Of a DNA stretch of 64,000 nucleotides, positions 37,612 to 49,283 are shown one piece after another; the stretch's first letter is position 1, and each line of letters begins with the position of its first letter. A program made the translations under genes and the position numbers. This stretch comes from Tricharina praecox (Eukaryota): assembly GCF_024521635.1 (NCBI RefSeq), contig NW_026250426.1, positions 62,001 to 126,000 on the forward strand, written 5' to 3'. Below the pieces are notes generated by a model. That model made no database searches, was not told the DNA's origin, and was given only the letters and a program-made list of their open reading frames with translations.

Positions 37612-38031
37612 GGCTGAAACAGTCTTGGGAGACGCGCTCGGGTGGGGGAGGCCGAGGAGGAGAAGGAGGAGGAGGAGGGGGAGGAGGAGTAGTGGAGCCG
37701 TCGCGTCGAAGATATTGACCCGCGAGGGGAGTACGATTGAGAGGGTGAAACAGGTGAGCGAGGCAGGATGTTGCTCTGTTCAAGGACTAGGTTCGGGTGT
37801 GGATTTGAAGTCGGTTCGAAGTGGTATCGGAGAGGTTTAGTTGTGTTGAGCGTGGAGAGGTGTGAGCAGGTGTGTGTGTAGTGGAGTAAGAGAGAGAGAG
37901 TGAGAGCAGCTCCTCTGTCGGAGGTCAGGCAAAGAAGCAACGCTAAGGTTGTCACAGCAACAGGCGCCGGGAGCACGCAGTCGTGCCGAAACGACACGCC
38001 CGCCCAAGTAATCCCGAGCTTTGATAATCAT

Positions 38032-38074
38032 ATCAGATAAGCCGGAGCGATACCCAAAGAGGTCTTTATCAGAT
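38032..38074. promoter_or_regulatory. Pair of ATCWGATAA (SreA-type GATA) motifs in opposite orientation
   Basis: ATCAGATAA at 38032-38040 and TTATCAGAT at 38066-38074; an extra TGATAA at 38022. Confidence 0.4.
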
Positions 38075-38194
38075 GGGCACCGATGAATACTTCACGTGAA
38101 AGGTTGGTTACTTGGTTAGAGGGATGCATCTCTCAACATTGCAACCGTTCCAGCCATGTAGCTCTAATCTACTCTATTCTGCAAGAATTCATAT

Positions 38195-38755
38195 TCACTT
38201 GGGAAGGGTTTCTACTAGCTTCTGAATAGCTTTCTCATCACCTCCAAGGACTATAGTTTCACGTACCAGCAGTTAGCCTTTGCTCGTGGAAGCGCAACGC
38301 CGACCATGCTCAGAACATACCTACGCGGCCATTGTTCCAATCAACCAACAGCGGGCGCAGAACTTTCTCGCTGCTGACCTCTCCACCCTGCTTCAGCATC
38401 CTTACAGCCTCGCTCTCACTCTTGGCGCCCTTCACGATGTCGCCGATCTTGTTCGGGCCGATGAACTCGAGGATGGACCGAAGCTGGTCGGGAGTCGGAA
38501 CGGTGGGAGCTTCGATGACATCGAGCTCGAACGATGCGGTAGGGTTTTTGCCAGTGATGCTGCTGTCGGTGGCATGCGCGGACGCGGACTTGAGGAGGTT
38601 CAGAACCTTGGCCGACTGCGGGTTCGACGGCGAGTGGAACAGCGTCAGGACGTCGAGGGTTTTGTGCTACGACGTAGACATTGCGACGGTCAGCGAGAAG
38701 GCACTCATCGCATTCGTGGGAGGGGGACGACGGAGGCCCATACGAAACGAAACAT
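38195..38755 (-). CDS. FMP46: Fmp46/DUF1687 thioredoxin-like mitochondrial protein, 3 exons (absent from the ORF track)
   Basis: MFRF | HKTLDVLTLFHSPSNPQSAKVLNLLK...FELDVIEAPTVPTPDQLRSILEF...LRPLLVDWNNGRV | VLGGDEKAIQKLVETLPK*. Confidence 0.88.
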
Positions 38756-40143
38756 GGTGGGTGGGAGGGTGTTAACGGTGCGTGCTTTGAACTCGGTTGG
38801 TGGGTGTTGTCGAGGACTTCAGAGGGATGCTTTGCTTGTGCTTGCCTGTGTGGGGATTTGTTTGCGTCATAGTCGCAAGATGAAGCCCGTGTAACGTGAC
38901 GGCGAGTTCCGATGCATATATGCACTATCACTCGGGATTTCTTCGATCGCGAATGGCCACGTGTGAGCGGTCATGGAGAAACTAGCTTCAGGCTTTTGTC
39001 TTTCCATTCTCCTTCCTTGTGTTCTCTTCTTGGTTGTCTTTTGGCTGCCTAGACGGAGGGCCGGGAAGTGAGCGGCTGCCTCGAGCTAGAGTACACCGTA
39101 CTTGGTTATCCAGATGGCAGACAGGGCGTATCTGGTAGGTATTTGGACAAAGGGCCGAATGTATTATGACGAAACAAACAAAGCCCGAGGCCGCTAGAAA
39201 TATCGATCAAATGGCTGTCAATTACTTGCGGCTTGTGCACATACTCTCGCTCTCTGCCAAAACACCGTCTGAAACAGCCTCCCTCCCTCCTCCACATGCA
39301 CTTTTCCATGTCAAGCGAAGCAGGTACCTATGTGGCCGAGGCTTCCGTAGGTATCGCCTACCGGTGCTTCCGCTCTTATCAACGGAAGCGCGGGTGAATA
39401 GACGCATTGGGCCAACACCATTATCGATTACTCCGCAGTCCGCTGTGGTACGCGTGGCATGCGTAGAGAGGCCTCTGCCCGAGACCCTGGAACACAGAGT
39501 GCAGAGTACAGAGCGCAGAACGCAGAACGTACCTCGTCCATGCAGAAAAAGGCGTCTCAGTCTCCCCTCGCCTTCCCCTATCAACTCCTCGTGCTCTTCC
39601 GTTTTGCTGCGGAACCACTCCGGAGAGAGTCCTGCATGGCGAACACGCCCGCAGTCTTCCCACTTGAGCCGGCGCTTTTGCCTACCGACTGGTACAATAC
39701 CCGCAAACGGCGCTGACCCTCGCTCCAGCATCGGTCGCTTGGGAGTCTGGCACATGGAATCGGATCCTTGGGTACTTGCTTACTTACTCAAGTAAGTAGG
39801 TGCTGCTATGGATGTGTTTGGTCCTGCCTTATCTGTGCGGTCCTCCAATTGCAATGTCGGGGATTTCGCATCCGCATGGAAACCTGCAGGTACTACTCAA
39901 TTGCTGTATGTGCAAATTCCACTACATATATGAGAACCTCCCCTCCGCCTCCTCCCGGCTCGCCATCCGGAGTATCGTACCGTGTGTCCCACGTCGTCTC
40001 AAGAGCACCGGTACTCAACTCGTCAGCAGAGAGCGGATACTTCGCGCAACCCCCACGACACGAGACAGCAATCGAAGCGCGAGTTCTCACCGGCCTCAGC
40101 ACACCACCGCTTCCGTCTTGTCAGTCGGCATTAGAACTTCGCA

Positions 40144-41921
40144 ATGGCGCTGAGTGCGATACTCCCGACACCCAGCCATGCGCTGGCATTGCTACTGCTC
40201 GCGCTGGGAGGATATATTGTGCGCCAGCGGTACTTCCACCCGCTCAGCAGATTCCCGGGACCTTGTGAGCTTCCCTCTCGCCATACTCGACAGCAGAACT
40301 AACCCATCCACAGTCCTCGCCAGCCTTACAGACCTCTGGAAATCCTATAGCGTGTACACGGGCAAATGCCACACGAACGACTTGGCTCGACACAAGCGGT
40401 ACGGTCCGGTATACCGGGACGGCCCCAATAGCTTGTCGTTTGCGGATCCCAGATGTCTCCCCGCGATCTACGGAGCTAGGGGGAACGAAGAGTTCAGGAA
40501 GGCAAGCTGGTATAATGTCTTCCCGCAGCCTCCAGGTGGCGCCGAGGTCATGCTGGTGATTAGGGATCCAGAGGAACATAGAATCGTAAAGAAGCGGATG
40601 AAGCCGTTGGTGGGTGCTGACTGTGGGGTTTCGTGGGGCAAAGGGACTTGCTGATGATATGAGCAGCTTACCGTGCAGAAACTTTTGCCGTATGAGGAGG
40701 CTATTGACGAGGCTGTTACCGACTGGGTCAATAAACTGGGGAAGTTGGGGACCGTCGATCTAGGCCTGTGGACCCAGTATCTTACCCTGGACGTCAGTGA
40801 GTTTCCCGTGGGTTGTCCATCGGTGTCCTGTCAACTGACACGACCAGGCGAGCTTGTGTCATATGGAAGCCGCAAAGGATTCATTGAACGAGGAGAGGAT
40901 GTGGATGATTATATCAAGACCATAGACGTGAGTCCAAGCTCATTACGGTGAGGCTGGAGGCATAACTCACCCAACGCAGGCAGGTTTCGTGGCAATAGGA
41001 ATCACCGCTCCCTCGACGCTCCTGATCAACCTAACCCAGAAACTCACGGCTCTGCTGGCCCTTCGCAAGCCGGACACCGAATATAAGGGCGGTTTCGTGG
41101 ACATGAACAATGTACGAGCCTTCCTCTGACGCCGAAAAACTGCTGCTAACAAACTCCCGCAGCGAGCACAAGCTGCTGTTTCCAGTATCATCTCAGGCGC
41201 CGCCATTGATAATACATCAACCCTCGTCCACGGTCTCATGTCAACGCTCCGAGACGTTGACCCAGTATACGCGCGCAGCTACGCCATCAACGAGATGATG
41301 TCGGTGCACATCGCGGCCTCGCACAGCACCTCGATCGGGCTCACCGCCTCCCTCTACAACGTTCTCAAGCACCCGTCAGTGCACCGCAAGCTGCTCGTGG
41401 AGATAACCTCCAGCTCTCTCTCCTCGCCCGTCAAGTTCCAAGAAGCCCTGGCCATGCCCTACCTCAACGCCGTAATCCGCGAATCCCTCCGCCTCTACCC
41501 AGCGTTCATCTGCCCATGGCCGCGCATCGTCGCCGACAACGGCACAGGCGGGTACGAGATCATCCCCGGCGTATTCGTGCCCGCAGGCACCACCGTCGGC
41601 GTCCCAGCGTACGTCTCCAACCGCAACGTTGACGCCTTCGGTCCCGACGCCGAGGAGTTCCGGCCCGAGCGCTGGCTGCCGCTCGACGGCGAGCGCGCAA
41701 AGGATATGGATAATATGATGTTCACGTTTGGATTCGCCAATAGCAGCAGGATGTGTGTTGGCAAGAATCTCGCGCTCATGGAGATCGCGAAGGGCGTTGT
41801 TGAGGTGCTGAGGAGGTTTGATGCCGAACTGGTGGATAGGGCGGTTACCCTGGAAATGCTGGATACCGCACATGTGCATTGCTCTGTCGAGCATTTGTTG
41901 GTTAGTTTGACGCCAAGATGA
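40144..41921 (+). CDS. Cytochrome P450 with atypical I-helix and heme loop, 6 exons
   Basis: N-terminal membrane anchor, FHPLSRFPGP, HKRYGPVYRDGPNSLSF, ExxR (IRESLR), FRPERWL, heme Cys in FGFANSSRMCVGKNLA; the exons join in frame. Confidence 0.93.
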
Positions 41922-42715
41922 GGGGGTTGGCTGGCGGAGGAGGTTTTTGGGAAGAAGAGAATAGAGAACCGTGGCAATCGTCGCCAAGGGTGAAAGGCGT
42001 GGGTGATATTCGATGTTCGGCATACTGGTACCGTGATACGTCGTCGCGCCGTAGAAAACCGTGCAACCCCATTCTGGCATCTCCACCAACAAGTCCCAGA
42101 TGTCTCGGGACATGATACATCCAAACCATGGGTAACTAACGCAACTTCCATCCACGCAGCATCTCTTGCTACGCGGTAACCACTGATACCTACATGTTGA
42201 ATCGGCCCTTCACCCAAAAGTCGGGAATCGACGGTGAGTGAGATTCCTTGACTGAAACCACTGGAACCTCGGTGATGGCAATTCTGAGTATCCCCGCGAG
42301 CTTTCGGACGTAACTATCACTCGGCCTTGTTTCTTTCTACACGTGCCCAGCATGAGGGGGCGGATGGTGCGGATGGTTCTCCCGGCACTAACATGTATAT
42401 AAGCACAGCCAGATCCTGTGGCCGGTTGGAGTTTTGGCTTCGTAACTACATAGTGATTATTCTCGAGGTGCTGCCATAGGTATTGGTGGAATGGAAGTGG
42501 GTGTGCTATTGAAGTGGGGAGAGAGAGAGAGATCTTCCTGTTTTGTTTCGCATGCAGCCTATCTAGACTATGGCGAAGATCTATTGAAGTGGAATGAATC
42601 TGAATCACAACGAGAGCCGTATGTACTTAGGTAGGTGTTCATTGATGATTGATGATTGATGATTGCACTATGTATGAAGTGGGTGCCGAGGTTGGCCTTG
42701 TGTGCGTGTTGACTA

Positions 42716-42961
42716 CGATGGATATAGGAGGATATGGATCGATATGGCATTTATGGGCGGATATAGGAGGGTATGGATTGATATGGTATTTATGGATTGA
42801 TATGGTATTTATGGGCGGATATAGGAGGATATAGTTTGTGGGTGGACATGGGAGGATATGAATTGATATGGATTAATATGGGCGGATATGGGAAAATGCG
42901 GATTTATATGGCTGGGTATTTGAGGATACGGATTGATATGGACAGGCCGGGGCGGAAGGCA
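42716..42961 (+). repeat. Dispersed repeat copy A: GATATGG-rich minisatellite with a unique end GACAGGCCGGGGCGGAAGGCA
   Basis: ~38-bp unit GATATAGGAGGATATGGATTGATATGGTATTTATGGGCG; a reverse-complement match lies at 53696-53926. Confidence 0.85.
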
Positions 42962-43333
42962 GGGAAAGCCACATCCGGCCACTCAGTGAAAGTTGGGTTG
43001 GACAGTGTCTTGGTTGAAGAGAAGGAGCTGCATCGGGGTGGAGGTCACCACTTTTCCGAGTCACAACTCTGGATCGAGTAAGAAGTCATGATGATTACAC
43101 AAATTTTGAGCTACTGTATGACACGAGCTTCAACATTCCGTATGTACATCTGTATGTACATGTAACATGTGTATGTACGTGCCCCTCCGGACCTCCGGTA
43201 GATGCCAGACGATCCCAAAAACAAGCTTCAACAATCTACCAAGTATAAAGATAATCGAAATCCCACCGCAACGCCAAACCAAACCAAACCCAGTGCATTC
43301 TCATTCCCATTCCCATTACCATAACCATAATCA

Positions 43334-45518
43334 CTACCAAGAAAACGCCTCCGTATGCAAATATATCTGTGAATTCACCGTCAGCCTCATGCTCTATGCA
43401 GCAGTGGAAGTGGAAAACCTACACCCTGCGCCCCCGTCCCCTTATGCACAGCCCTCTCATCGCTAAGTCCCACGGCGGCCTCACGCGTGGCCTGTACCAA
43501 TCCGAGGGGACCACAGACGACGACCGCACTCTCGCCGCGAGCGCGCTCCAGCTCCTTCTGTATGAGATTCCTCACCATGGGCCGTCCGGCGAGGAAATTG
43601 ACCGACGGGGGGAGGGAGAGCGTGCGATGGACGGAGCTGGTGCTCGTCTGGGCACGGGAGAGCTTTGGCGGGCTCGAAGGTGGAGTGGTGGTGGTGCAGC
43701 AACAGCATGCGGAGGGGGAGATGGAGTCTTCATCTTCCACCACCGCTCTGCAGCAGCAGGTTCCGTTTGGCCCGCAGCTGGTTTGCTCCGCCTCCTCGAT
43801 CTGTGCGGCGTCCTTTTCTGTTCTCCCGTCGAGCTGGGTGTCCGACGACAACCGCGGCGTCGTCTTGGAGGATGTGGCGGAGGAGGAGCCATCAATCTCC
43901 GACGTCAACTCCAGGTCACAGGTCACATAGATGCTTGCTTCTATCTCGAGTCTGCGACCGGGATTGGGGGCCGAGGCGTTTGTGTTAAATACCGACTCGA
44001 GCGCTGCACCAAGCGCCTTTGAGAACCAACGGACTTGTCCACGACTCTTGACGACCCAGACAAAGCGAATGCGGCGAGTGACCAGCGGCTTGCCCAGCTC
44101 CCTCAGGCGAATGAGATCCCTCAGGAGCGGAATGCAGAAGCTCGCACCGGTGCTTCCGGCCAACAGGATGACGGAATCGAATTGCTCGAGCGGCCGGAGT
44201 CGTCCATACGGGCCGTCGAGGAAGACGGTTTTGCACTCGGAGGACTGCGGCGGGAGGCAGCAGGCGTGATTGTGAACCTTCCCAGTGCTTCCGGAGTGTG
44301 CGCGGACGACGAACTCGAGGACGCCGTCGGAGGGTAGTGAGGAGATGGTGAATGGGTGGGATTGCAGGGGAGCCAACGAGTGGCAAGAGAGGAATGCATG
44401 TTGGCCTGGGCGCCAGGTCATTGGCGGGTTTCGAATCGTGATGCGGGTTGTTCTGTCGGCCATTGGTGTGAACAGGGCTTTGCAGGCGAAGACGGAGGGG
44501 CGCTTGGTGGAAGATGACGCTGGCTTTGGGTGGAAGATAGACAAGTTGTGGTATGCGAGGAATCCCCAGCGCACCGTGCGATCGAAGGCCCATAGAGCTA
44601 CGGGAAACCACACGTACAACTGGGCTTCGACGGGAACATGCATCCACACGATGACCAAGAACCCGATCGCGCCGATCATATGATGCAGCACGAAGAGCTC
44701 ATATCTCCAACGTCTTAACGGTGCGACACTCGACACCATCAACCAGGCAAGAACAAGGAACGCGCCGAGCCCTCGTCGTGAGTGTATGTCAATCTCGAGC
44801 TTCCGGTCGATATAGTCGAAGCGCGCCCAGGACCGTAGGTAGTACGCCATATGCGTCAGCGCGGTGATGAACAGACACCTTGAAACAGACCGGTGCATCC
44901 AGTTCAGCCGCTCATAGGAGGTTCCGGTGAGGAACCCGACGATGTTGGCCTTCCCTGCCATCAAAAACACGAGCGGGAGCTGCGTGACCGTCATCCAGCC
45001 AGCGCGCACGCCAATCGTTTCGTACATCCGGCCGTTGTTCACATCGTACCCGAAGAAGACGATAGCAAGGAGCAACGTCAGGTTCGACGCCATCAGCCAG
45101 AGGTATCCGAAGGGCGGAAGGTGTGTGAGTCTTGGAAACCACGTCAGGATCTTCCCCCGCCATCCCTCCCTCCGTCGTATCAGCGGGATGGGATAATTCA
45201 CAAACTCCCTAGCGATAGCAGTGATGGTCGCAAACGTCTTCGAGAGTGCGTTCTTCGGCCTCGCAGGATCCCACTTTCCACTGACAACCTGCCGCATCCT
45301 GTCGCCACGCCATCAGCATCAGCATCCGCGCACCAACAAACACTCGCTCGCCGGACCACAAACCTAATCTTGAACTCAATGTGCTCCTTCAGATTGACCA
45401 GTGTAGCGATGGCAATGATTCCTCCCGCAAACATCCAGTACACCTCCGCCAGAAACGGGTCCTCCCGCACCGTGATTCCGCTGCTTCCACCTCCACCGCC
45501 GTGCCCCGCGTGGCTCAT
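43334..45518 (-). CDS. Ferric/cupric reductase transmembrane component (FRE family), 3 exons
   Basis: Heme His residues in LNWMHRSV...LTH and RYELFVLHH...WMH; FAD motif HPFTISS; NADPH motifs LDGPYG and LAGSTGASF; FVWVVK; VVVCGP; C-terminal IYLHTEAFSW*. Confidence 0.95.
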
Positions 45519-45731
45519 TTTTCCGGTATAGCTGCCGCTTCGATTCGGATTTTGATGTGGGATGAAATGGATCGGCTCGAGCTTCAGATGCCCATCCAGG
45601 TGCACGAAGTGAAGAAAGCAGGCACTTCGTCGAGTTGGGGGAGGTCTAGGTCCTAGTACTAGTAGCGGAACAACTCTTCAGTCGTCAGGCGTCGGTCGAG
45701 GCGAAAGCGTGGATGGATATGCTATATGCTG

Positions 45732-45907
45732 TGATCCTGCGTATGCTCGCCTCCTCGAGTACCGAATCCACGAGGTGATAAGCAAGAAGTAAGATGCAGA
45801 GTGCGTAGTGGGGTTCCCAGCTCCCGCAACAGATAACTATTCTGCGGTCTGTACCAATAACCAAATTCGGACCCGCCGATCCTTGCCGTTTCCGTAAAAC
45901 TTGCTCA
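45732..45907. promoter_or_regulatory. Candidate copper-responsive elements in the FRE/CTR divergent promoter
   Basis: TGATCCTGCGTATGCTC (45732-45748), GATAAGCAAG (45777-45786) and AACTTGCTCA (45898-45907); near-identical copies recur at 49284-49869. Confidence 0.45.
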
Positions 45908-46651
45908 CCGCCAGGGGGCGGTTGGTTCGTTAAGCTAACTGGGATGGGATGTGACCCTGGACTACAAGGTGCACTAACGAATCCCGACCTCAGAGGACGA
46001 GGAAAAAGATGTCGATGGATGGAGACCTTGCGAACGAGCGTCGAGCGAGCTCTCTGGATGTTCTGGGCAGGCTGAGGCGGATAGTGGAGTGTACTGTGGT
46101 ACCATACGCCTGTAGATGTGGCAAAGAACCTCGATATCAGGTCATAGGCAGGTAGACGGGCTGGCTGGATAGCCAATTCCGAAAACAAAAACAATCCGCT
46201 CACCTTCCCCTCCCCTCCCCACCTCCACCACCATCATAGCGGGGGGGGGGGGGCAAAAGTGAAGAGCAAGAATGAGAGAGATACGTAAATCTAACGCGTG
46301 CCCCCTCCCTCCACGCAGCTCGCCGATGCCGATGCCGATGCAAAAAAAGGAAGGAACGAACGAACGAACGAAAAAGAGCGGAAAAAGAATCGAGCCCAAC
46401 TCCACTATCCGGGTACGATACATAGAGCACCCACTCGATCGTTAGACGGACGACCACAACCATCCACCGCATCCGCCGCATCCATCCCATCCCACCCGGC
46501 CAGCCATAACTATCGATAGCACAGCATAGCACAGCACAGGTCCGATCATATCACATACGTCAACCTCCCATCCTCCCATCCCATCACCCGCACAGCAGCA
46601 GCAGCACTCCTCCTCCAACCCCCCCTCTCCCTCGAGCCCAACACCTAAACA

Positions 46652-47311
46652 ATGGCGGACTTCACGCAAAACACCTCTTCCGGCTCGAGCTCCAGCTCCA
46701 GCAGCACCTCCACCACCTCCTCCAGCAGCTCCGACAGCATGTCCGACAGCATGTCAATGACCATGTCCATGACGTTCATCACCTCGACCACGACGCCATT
46801 ATTCAGCACCTCGTGGACGCCGCGCACACTGGGGCAGTACGTTGGCGCGTGCATATTCCTGATTGTCCTCGCCTTCGTGTTCCGCTTCGTGCTGGCGTGG
46901 AAAGCGGTGCTTGAGCACCGGTGGGCAAGGAGGGAGGTGGACAGGAAGCCTGTCGTCGTGCTAGGGGACGGGGACGCGGGCGGGAGCGAGGATGAGCTGC
47001 CGAAAGAGGCGGGCGAGGGCGAGGGGGTGGGTCAGCCATCGGCTGAGAAGGTGCGGCCGGAGGGCTGGGCGGGAAGGCCCTGGAGGTTTGGTACGGAGCT
47101 GCCGAGAGCGGCGATGGCGGTCCTGAGCACGGGGTTGGGGTATCTCCTGTGAGTTTTTCTCCTCTCCCAATACGGCATCAGAGGCTAATAGGCGAAAAAT
47201 AGCATGTTGGCGGTGATGACGATGAATGTGGGATACTTCATGAGTGTGCTTGCCGGCGTGTTTGTCGGAGAGCTGGCTTGGGGGAGGTTCATGACTGGCT
47301 CGAGTCACTGA
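46652..47311 (+). CDS. Ctr-family copper transporter, 2 exons
   Basis: Met-rich ectodomain (SMSDSMSMTMSMTF), PLFSTSWTP...YVGACIFLIVLA, RPWRF, YLL|MLAVMTMNVGYF (MxxxM), GVFVG (GxxxG). Confidence 0.95.
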
Positions 47312-47924
47312 GGGAATGGACCATGGTGGGGTGCGGTGGGGTGGGGACTATTTGGTTTTGGGAATATCTATCTGCTTTTTTTCTCGGCGTTCGGTTGCTG
47401 CGTTTGGGATCCTGTCTTTGTTGCGCGGATACTTCGTAATTCACTACTTGGTTGTGGGATTTCTCATTCTCGTGCATTCGGGCGTGAGAGCGTGCGGATG
47501 GACCAGTGGGGAGTGGGATGTGATTGGACTCTGGATTTCGGACATGGCTTCAGACCGGAGTGTAGCTGCTTCAATGCTTCACTCATGCCTGCATCCTCCG
47601 CCATCTGACGTATTCCGTCCAGCGTCTTCCTTCCTCTCTTCCATGTATAGCACACTACGACAAGCTGAAGAACCAGTTCATGCGATGTACCACCCGTCTC
47701 ATTATGATTGATGGAACGCAACCCAACGCCGTAAAGCTCAAAGATACAAACTGCAGCAATCACCCACAACCCAATTCCAGAGAGAAAAAAACAACCGCTC
47801 AAGAAAGCAAGCAACACAGCCATGCGAAACATACACAATCGTAGTAGAGTTTCGACCCCCGCCCGCAACCTCGTCATCGTAATATCATGTACAACCAACC
47901 ATATGTATCATCCACCATCATCAT

Positions 47925-48579
47925 CTAGAGAAGCCAAGCAAGGAGACCGACAGCAACGGCTCCCCCAGAAAACTTGAGCGTGTTGCCGCCGCTGGTGCTG
48001 CTGCCAGAAGCGGCGGCAGCGTCGGAGGTGCCGGTGCTGGCGGCCTCGGCGGTAACGCCCGTACCGTTCGAACAGGTATCGACTCGGACACTGGCTGAGG
48101 TGAAGGTGATGTCGGCGCACTGTTCTCTCGCATCAGTCCTGTGCGTAAATACAGTTTGCGGGAGGGAAACATACGTTGTAGAGCCCACCACCGTCATGGC
48201 CCTGCTGGACGACCTGAATAGTAGCATTCTGGCCATCCGTGGCATTGACACTGCTCGGGACCTCGAGTTCGTTCCAGCAGAACGTTCCGAGTCCAACCTG
48301 GAGGAAGGTATCCTTGAGGACGATAGTGAAGTCGTCCTTGGTAGGGTTATTTCCGAGGGCGAGGTAGACAGCGGTGTTTGCCTCGTCGTGGCCGGCCTCG
48401 AAGCTGACGGCGCCGCCAGTGGTGGGCCAGCGCGTGCGGTTCGACGACGGCGTGTTCATTCCGCCGCACGGCGACGAGGACTGCGTCTCGCCGTTGTCGC
48501 CGCGGTCCGCCGGGTAGTTGAGCGTGAAGTGCGCGCTGGCCAGCGGCAGCAGCATGGCGAAGAGGGCGGTGGTACGCAT
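47925..48579 (-). CDS. GPI-anchored BIM1/X325-like (LPMO-like His-brace) copper-binding protein, 2 exons
   Basis: Signal peptide MRTTALFAMLLPLASA followed by His1 (HFTLNYPADRG), PCGG, second His in AGHDE, GLGTFCW, NATIQVV, GLYN|CADITF, Ser/Thr/Ala stalk and hydrophobic C-terminal GPI signal. Confidence 0.88.
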
Positions 48580-49283
48580 TTTGAGGGGATTGCTGGGGAT
48601 TTGCTTTTGCGGGGAGGGGAGGGAGGAGGAGGAGTGTGTGTGGTGTGCGAGGAGTGGAGTGGAAGAACGAATGGCACGAACGCAGTATAAAAGGGTCGTC
48701 ACTGCTACTCTTTTTTTTGGGAATCCATTACGACCTGCCTAAGCCATTTCGATGGCCCGTAGCGGACCGGCCCATTCCTGTAGTACCACCACCGCCTCCT
48801 CCACCACCACCATCAAGGAGCGTGCCGCCGGATGTTTGCGATGATCGGATCGCGGGGGAGGGGGGGGAGGTTGAGAGCTTTTGAGAGAGTTTACGATTCC
48901 AGACAAGTTTAGCGCCGAATACACCAGCCCCCGCCAATCACAGACCATCAAGGTTCCTGGGAAAAAGAAGCTTGCGTTTAAACTAGTTTTTGAGCACGTT
49001 CTGTGGGGGCCCGATTGGAACCGGTACCCCGGAAGGAGGTCTCGTCAAGCGTGGAAAGTGTGGCGGCGGCGGGAAGGAAAGTGAAGTGAAGGGGCTAAGG
49101 CAGGTCGGAGACAGCCGAGGAGATTCTTGTGCCCTGTGCCCTGTGAGTGATCGTCGGATACCTGTGACACCTTCGGGTCGAATGAGGTAGATTGAGAGAG
49201 AGAGACGACCATGTCTTTGAACTGGGACATCGGAGGAACTGTGTGCGCTACGTTTGAAAAGCAGGATCACGGGATCATACATA

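Noticed and set aside
38280..38931. Several overlapping ORFs in the ORF track
   Set aside because: They are shadows of the spliced FMP46 gene, whose true frame begins in a 12-nt coding exon.
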